Under the pieces are notes generated by a model, which did no database searches, had not been told where the DNA came from, and saw only the letters and a list, made by a program, of their open reading frames with translations. From Alphaproteobacteria bacterium (GTDB lineage: Bacteria; Pseudomonadota; Alphaproteobacteria; SP197): a stretch of 64,000 nucleotides of DNA. Location: NCBI GenBank assembly GCA_965116515.1, contig OZ220705.1, forward strand, positions 3,807,565-3,871,564, in the 5' to 3' direction. Made by a program: the position numbers and the translations under genes. This document shows positions 59,292 to 64,000 of the stretch, in pieces; position 1 is the stretch's first letter; each line of letters begins with the position of its first letter.

Positions 59292-60137
59292 TCAGAACTG
59301 GGCGCTGGGGTCGAAGCGGACGATCAGTTCCTTCCAGATGTCATAACGCTGCCGGTCCAGATTCTCGAAAGGATGATCGCGGAAAAAGAGCACCGCCCGC
59401 AGGGCCGATTCGGCCGCCACCCGCCGCGAGTGTTCATCCTCTCCACCCTCAACATCGACAATTCGTGCGCGCAGCACGTGTGCGTTGACGGAGAGCACCA
59501 CCTCGATTGTGACGACGAGGTCCCGGGCATCGATGGCGCCGCTCTGGATGATCCATCTCCTTGTCACCTGGTTGGCGATACTGCGGCGCAGAGAGGCCAG
59601 TTCGATGTCCGAGACCGGTACATCGGGCGCTCCGTCAAGGGCCGATGCGACATCGGCAAAGGTGGTGGACTGCTCCTCCGGCGCCGGTTCCCTGCGGTCG
59701 ACCAGCAGACTTTCCCTGACACTGGTGAAGGGCACTTCCTCTTCGGGGTGGGACGGTGCCTCGGGCTTTGCGGCCGGGAGTGGAACCGGAACAGTTTCAC
59801 TCACCCGCACCGGCTCGACCGGCTCTTCTGCGGATTCCTCGGCAGGCAGGGGTTCTTCAGGGATGGTGGGTATTGGTGGCGGGGGAGTTGGGAGAGTTGG
59901 CTCGGGCTCGGGCTCGGGTTCCGGTTCGGGTTCCGGTTCCGGTTCCGGTTCGGGTTCCGGCTCCGGTTCCTCACTCTCCGGCGGCGCCACGCTTTCCTCT
60001 GCAACCGTGATGACATCCACTGTGACCGTGTCGGCAACGGGTGGCCGTGTCCGCCACAGTTCGGGAAGCTCCATCAGCACAAGCGTGATGACGAGCACAT
60101 GAAAGATGATCGATCCGGCCCAGCCCACGCGAGACAC
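59292..60137 (-). CDS. tolA: Cell envelope integrity protein TolA (Pro/Glu-rich)
   Basis: 281-aa ORF with N-terminal TM WAGSIIFHVLVITLVLM, a long (EP)n / P-rich linker and a C-terminal domain. Positioned between tolR and tolB. Confidence 0.8.
   Translation of the reverse strand: MSRVGWAGSIIFHVLVITLVLMELPELWRTRPPVADTVTVDVITVAEESVAPPESEEPEPEPEPEPEPEPEPEPEPEPEPTLPTPPPPIPTIPEEPLPAEESAEEPVEPVRVSETVPVPLPAAKPEAPSHPEEEVPFTSVRESLLVDRREPAPEEQSTTFADVASALDGAPDVPVSDIELASLRRSIANQVTRRWIIQSGAIDARDLVVTIEVVLSVNAHVLRARIVDVEGGEDEHSRRVAAESALRAVLFFRDHPFENLDRQRYDIWKELIVRFDPSAQF
59899..59970. repeat. Hexanucleotide tandem repeat (GGYTCS)x12 encoding (EP)n within tolA
   Basis: ggctcgggctcgggctcgggttccggttcgggttccggttccggttccggttcgggttccggctccggttcc. 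Confidence 0.85.
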
Positions 60138-60140
60138 GCT

Positions 60141-60590
60141 TCAGGAATCTCCTTCGAACCGTCGCGCCTCCAGCGCCAGGCGCCGGAAACCAGCCTCGGT
60201 CAGCGCACCCATGACGGCCATGACTTCCTCGTAGGCCACCATCCTGTCTCCCCTGATGAAGACTCTCACATCAGGATTGTTGTCCGAGATGATGGCAAGG
60301 CGCGGTCCCAGCTGATCCAGTTCCACTGGTGTCTCACCAAGCCAGATCTCACCGGAAGCCGTGATCGTGACTTCAACCGGTTCATCCATACCGGCCAGAT
60401 CACTGACAGCAGCCTCCGGCAGATCGACCTCGACACCGGCGGTGAGCAACGGTGCGGTGATCATGAACACGACCAGCAGAACGAGCATGACGTCGACCAG
60501 GGGCGTGACGTTGATCTCGCTGATCGGGGGACGCCGGCGCCCGGCCCGGGCGCTGCGCCTGGCGCTGGCCGTGGTGAACTGTACCGCCAT
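60141..60590 (-). CDS. tolR: Tol-Pal system protein TolR (ExbD/TolR family)
   Basis: 149-aa ORF ...ISEINVTPLVDVMLVLLVVFMITAPLL..., ExbD/TolR topology. Confidence 0.9.
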   Translation of the reverse strand: MAVQFTTASARRSARAGRRRPPISEINVTPLVDVMLVLLVVFMITAPLLTAGVEVDLPEAAVSDLAGMDEPVEVTITASGEIWLGETPVELDQLGPRLAIISDNNPDVRVFIRGDRMVAYEEVMAVMGALTEAGFRRLALEARRFEGDS

Positions 60591-61312
60591 CAGCCGCCGT
60601 GCTCGTCAAGCTGTCGCGACAGCAGCGCGTGGAACTCCGTGGCAAAGTTCTCGAGCCGGCTGGCATAGCGATCAAGGTCGCCGGAAAGCTTGTTGTAGGC
60701 CACCACGGCGGGAATCGCCGCCAGCAGGCCAAGTGCGGTGGCAAAGAGCGCCTCGGCAATGCCCGGAGCAACGACGACCAGAGATGTGTTGTGCTCGACC
60801 GCAATGGCCGTGAAGGCATTCATGATACCCCAGACGGTACCGAACAGTCCGACAAAGGGCGCCGTGGAGCCCACAGTAGCCAGCAGTCCCATGTAACGTT
60901 CGAGGCGATCCATCTCACGGTCGATGCCGATCTGCATCGCCTGGCCGATCCTTTGCTTGAGGTCGGCACGCAGCCGGCTGTCGGCGATCATTTCCTGGTG
61001 GCCCATGGCACGCCGCAACTCGTCCATCGCCGCCTTGAACACCGTCGTCATCGGGTGCGGCGGAACGCCGTCGACGTCCCTGTAGAGTTCGTCCAGCGGG
61101 CCGCCCGACCAGAAAGCCTGCTCGAACTTCGCCGCCCGCGAGCCGAGCTGGCGAAGTCTCCTGATTTTGTCGAAGATGATGGCCCAGCACCATACCGAGG
61201 CCGCCAGCAGCAACAGCATGACGAACTTGACCACGGCATCGGCACGCCAGAACAGGCTCCAGACGGACATGTCGCCATGAGCCGACACATCCGCGAGTAC
61301 AGTCGCTTCCAC
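60590..61312 (-). CDS. tolQ: Tol-Pal system protein TolQ (MotA/TolQ/ExbB family)
   Basis: 240-aa ORF with three TM helices: ...FVMLLLLAASVWCWAIIFDKIRRL...GLLATVGSTAPFVGLFGTVWGIMNAF... Confidence 0.9.
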   Translation of the reverse strand: MEATVLADVSAHGDMSVWSLFWRADAVVKFVMLLLLAASVWCWAIIFDKIRRLRQLGSRAAKFEQAFWSGGPLDELYRDVDGVPPHPMTTVFKAAMDELRRAMGHQEMIADSRLRADLKQRIGQAMQIGIDREMDRLERYMGLLATVGSTAPFVGLFGTVWGIMNAFTAIAVEHNTSLVVVAPGIAEALFATALGLLAAIPAVVAYNKLSGDLDRYASRLENFATEFHALLSRQLDEHGG

Positions 61313-61315
61313 GGT

Positions 61316-61735
61316 TCAGTTTCCTTCGCCAGGGTATCGGTCAAGTGTTTCCCGGACCGCTGCGGGAAGGCGCATCGCCCCGCCCCCGGCGCCGAGAAAC
61401 GCGAGGCGCACATTCATCGAGACGAGTGTCCGGCCGTCATGCACGACCTTCTGTCGCATGACGAGGCTGGCGCCCTTCACTTCGGCAACCTCCGTCTCGA
61501 TCTCGACCTCGTCATCAAGCCTTGCGGCCGCCGCGTAGTCGATGACCATGGAACGCACAACGAAACCACCCCCTTCCCGGAGGCGCAGACCGCGGTGGTC
61601 GTGTCCCAGGGAACGCAGCAGTTCCGTGCGGCCCCGTTCGGCAAAGCGCAGGTAGGCGGTATGATAGACGATGCCGCCGGCATCGGTGTCTTCATGGTAG
61701 ATCCTTGTCCTGATCCTGCCGGCCGGTTCAGTCAT
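61316..61735 (-). CDS. ybgC: Tol-Pal-associated acyl-CoA thioesterase YbgC (hotdog fold)
   Basis: From ATG 61735: [44 protein letters not shown]..., 4HBT-type (139 aa). Overlaps the ruvB stop by 8 nt. Confidence 0.8.
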   Translation of the reverse strand: MTEPAGRIRTRIYHEDTDAGGIVYHTAYLRFAERGRTELLRSLGHDHRGLRLREGGGFVVRSMVIDYAAAARLDDEVEIETEVAEVKGASLVMRQKVVHDGRTLVSMNVRLAFLGAGGGAMRLPAAVRETLDRYPGEGN

Positions 61736-62768
61736 CCGCCGGCTCGTCTGCGAAGAGGTCCGGAGTATCGTTTGCGGGGACCGGAAGTCCGAGGTGACGC
61801 CAGCCGCCAGCGGCAAGGACACGGCCGCTGGGCGTACGCCTGATGAATCCCTGCTGCATCATGAACGGCTCGATGACGTCCTCGATGGCGTTCCTGTGTT
61901 CGGACAGCGCCGCCGCAAGGGTCTCGACTCCGACCGGACCACCACCATAGTTGTCGGCGATGCAGGCGAGATACCTCCTGTCCATGGCATCCATGCCCTT
62001 GTCGTCGACGCCGAGCGTTTCCAGCGCCTGGCGGGCGAAGGCCGCGTCAATGACGTCCACCTTCTCAAAGGCCTCGTCGCGGACCCGGCGCAACAGTCTC
62101 CCGGCGACCCTCGGGGTTCCGCGCGCCCTGGCCGCCAACTCCCGTGCGCCGTCGGCAGCCAGGGCGACGTTCATCACCCGCGCCAGACGCAGGAGCATCA
62201 CGGCAAGGTCGTCCGCTTCGTAGAAGTCGAGGCGCTGTGGAATCAGGAAGCGGTCGTAAAGCGGCTTGGTGATCAGACCGGCGCGCGTGGTTGCTCCGAC
62301 CAGGGTGAAGCGCTGCAGGTCGATCCTGACCGAACGTGCCGCCGGGCCCTCGCCGATGATGAGATCCAGCTGAAAGTCCTCCATGGCCGGATACAACACC
62401 TCTTCCACGGCAGGATTGAGGCGATGGATCTCGTCGATGAACAGGACATCGCCATCATCGAGGTTGGTGAGCTGTGCAGCGAGATCGCCGGCGCGCATGA
62501 TGACGGGGCCCGACGTCTGGTGAAACCTGACACCGAGTTCATTGGCGATGATCCGTGCAAGGGTTGTCTTGCCAAGGCCGGGCGGGCCATGCAGCAGCAC
62601 GTGGTCGAGTGCTTCACTGCGGCCGCGGGCAGCACGAATCCCGGTCATCAGGCTCTCGGTTACAGCTTTCTGGCCGATGAACTCCGCAAACCCGCGCGGG
62701 CGCAATGACGGCGCCTGTTCGTCGTCGGCCCCGGCGGCATCCACCAGGCGCCCGTCTTCGTCCGTCAT
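61728..62768 (-). CDS. ruvB: Holliday junction branch migration helicase RuvB
   Basis: From ATG 62768: [40 protein letters not shown]...[23 protein letters not shown]...DEIHRL... (346 aa). Confidence 0.94.
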   Translation of the reverse strand: MTDEDGRLVDAAGADDEQAPSLRPRGFAEFIGQKAVTESLMTGIRAARGRSEALDHVLLHGPPGLGKTTLARIIANELGVRFHQTSGPVIMRAGDLAAQLTNLDDGDVLFIDEIHRLNPAVEEVLYPAMEDFQLDLIIGEGPAARSVRIDLQRFTLVGATTRAGLITKPLYDRFLIPQRLDFYEADDLAVMLLRLARVMNVALAADGARELAARARGTPRVAGRLLRRVRDEAFEKVDVIDAAFARQALETLGVDDKGMDAMDRRYLACIADNYGGGPVGVETLAAALSEHRNAIEDVIEPFMMQQGFIRRTPSGRVLAAGGWRHLGLPVPANDTPDLFADEPADD

Positions 62769-63355
62769 CGCGCCAGTTCCTTGAGACTCGCCCGGATGAG
62801 CGCGTCGAGACCTGCCTTTGCGGCATGACGCACGGAGGTGACCGCGCGCCACGCCTCGGACCGCGTGTATCCCAGATTGACCAGGGCGGCAATCGCATCC
62901 GATTCGATGCCACCGGCCGCCGTTTCCCCACCGGTTCCCGAAGGTGGCGCCAAGCTCTCCAGCCTGTCGGCAAGTTCGGTGATGATCCGCGTGGCCAGTT
63001 TCTGACCGACACCACTGGCCCGGGCAATGGCGCGACGGTCGCTCGCTCTCACGGCATCGGCCAGGTCGTCGGGACCCAGCACCGAGAGGATGGCAAGGGC
63101 GCCACGGGGGCCAACCCCCTGAACTGCAGTCAGCATCGTGAAGGTTGCCTGTTCCGCTGCGTCGGCGAACCCGTAGAGAACAATCCGATCGTCCCTGATG
63201 ATCGTTTCGACGAGGAGGCGGGCATCACCCTCCTCCCCCGCCAGCGCACTGATGGTGCGCGCCGAGCAGGCAAGGCGGTAGCCCACACCCTGGACATCGA
63301 GAATCACCCGGTCGTCGGCCACCACATCCAGACGGCCGGTGAGACGTCCGATCAT
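62765..63355 (-). CDS. ruvA: Holliday junction DNA helicase RuvA
   Basis: 196-aa [41 protein letters not shown]...[17 protein letters not shown]... Overlaps ruvB by ATGA. Confidence 0.94.
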   Translation of the reverse strand: MIGRLTGRLDVVADDRVILDVQGVGYRLACSARTISALAGEEGDARLLVETIIRDDRIVLYGFADAAEQATFTMLTAVQGVGPRGALAILSVLGPDDLADAVRASDRRAIARASGVGQKLATRIITELADRLESLAPPSGTGGETAAGGIESDAIAALVNLGYTRSEAWRAVTSVRHAAKAGLDALIRASLKELAR

Positions 63356-63852
63356 GCGCGGGTTCCGGCCATGATGCGTTCGAGGGTTCGCGAGTGATAG
63401 GCATGACAGACGGCGACTGCCAGTGCATCGGCGGCGTCGTTGCGCGCCGCCTTTGCGCCCGGGAGCAGGATGCCGATCATGGTGGCGATCTGGTGCTTTT
63501 CCGCCTTTCCCGTTCCTACCACGGTCTTCTTCACCAGTCGCGTGGCGTACTCACTGACCTCAAGGCCGGTAGCGGCAGCCGCCACAAGGGCCGCGCCTCG
63601 GGCCAGCCCGAGCTTGAGGGTGCTGTCCGCGTTCAGGCTGACGAAAGTTTCCTCGATGGCCACCTGGTCGGGAACTTGATCCGCCAGCACATCACTGACC
63701 CCCCGATGGATCACGGTCAGCCTTTCGGCCATGGCGAGCGAGGGGCGGGGCGAGATGACACCGTGCGCGACGTGATGAAGCTGAGAACCATCTATCGAGA
63801 TCACTCCCCAGCCAGTGTTCAGGAGGCCAGGATCCAGTCCCAGAATTCGCAT
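63352..63852 (-). CDS. ruvC: Crossover junction endodeoxyribonuclease RuvC
   Basis: 166-aa ORF MRILGLDPGLLNTGWGVISIDGS...VAIEETFV...DAADALAVAVCHA... Confidence 0.94.
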   Translation of the reverse strand: MRILGLDPGLLNTGWGVISIDGSQLHHVAHGVISPRPSLAMAERLTVIHRGVSDVLADQVPDQVAIEETFVSLNADSTLKLGLARGAALVAAAATGLEVSEYATRLVKKTVVGTGKAEKHQIATMIGILLPGAKAARNDAADALAVAVCHAYHSRTLERIMAGTRA

Positions 63853-63862
63853 CCCGGACCTC

Positions 63863-64000
63863 AGGCGACCAGCCGTTCCATCACGTCATCGGCAATCTCG
63901 AAATTGGCCGCCACGGACTGGACATCGTCATTGTCCTCGAGATCCCCGATCAGCCGCAGCAGGGTTGCCGCCTTGTCTTCCGAGACCTCCGTGATCACCG
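63863..64000 (-). CDS. YebC/PmpR-family transcriptional regulator (C-terminal fragment; gene runs off window end)
   Basis: Reverse translation ends ...EDKAATLLRLIGDLEDNDDVQSVAANFEIADDVMERLVA*, the typical YebC C-terminus. Conserved position upstream of ruvC. Confidence 0.6.

Noticed and set aside
59899-59970. Tandem repeat as a possible CRISPR array
   Set aside because: 6-nt unit with no spacers, in frame inside tolA, encoding (EP)n; a coding microsatellite.

Overview
High-GC (~65%) alphaproteobacterial-type chromosomal window that is mostly conserved core genome.

**Left third, 1-18964, minus strand.** The classic ribosomal/transcription supercluster is present in the order tRNA-Tyr, tRNA-Gly, tufB, tRNA-Trp, secE, nusG, rplK, rplA, rplJ, rplL, rpoB, rpoC, rpsL, rpsG, fusA, tufA, rpsJ, rplC. 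The two tuf copies are identical over the whole CDS. rpoB carries a large lineage-specific insertion.

**Middle, 19105-37164.** Housekeeping and metabolic genes:
- TrmH/RlmB-family methyltransferase
- an orphan Tat-exported SBP (family 5)
- a DUF4143 AAA ATPase beside tRNA-Thr
- gor-gabD
- patB/malY-type C-S lyase
- glmS-glmU
- gph
- a non-pyrrolysine MttB-family methyltransferase
- an F0-only ATP synthase operon (atpI-B-E-F'-F)
- a homocysteine S-methyltransferase-family gene

**Accessory-looking stretch, 37662-47309.**
- an uncharacterised 377-aa class-I methyltransferase/SpeE-like protein
- an SDR
- a ~2-kb low-GC island carrying an orphan PotD-like polyamine SBP
- the gcvT-H-PA-PB glycine cleavage operon behind a tandem glycine riboswitch
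- a Phd/YefM-type antitoxin paired with a PIN (VapC-like) toxin gene broken by one in-frame TGA

**Right side, 47829-64000.**
- agmatine deiminase
- cobB/Sir2 and phzF
- glmM, folP, ftsH, tilS
- a complete Tol-Pal cluster (ybgC-tolQRAB-pal-cpoB)
- ruvCAB and a partial yebC

No CRISPR array, IS element or prophage could be supported. The most noteworthy items are the decaying TA module inserted next to the riboswitch, the low-GC SBP island, the unassigned methyltransferase-like gene, and the riboswitch expression platform containing a duplicated 12-nt element that overlaps the likely gcvT start codon.
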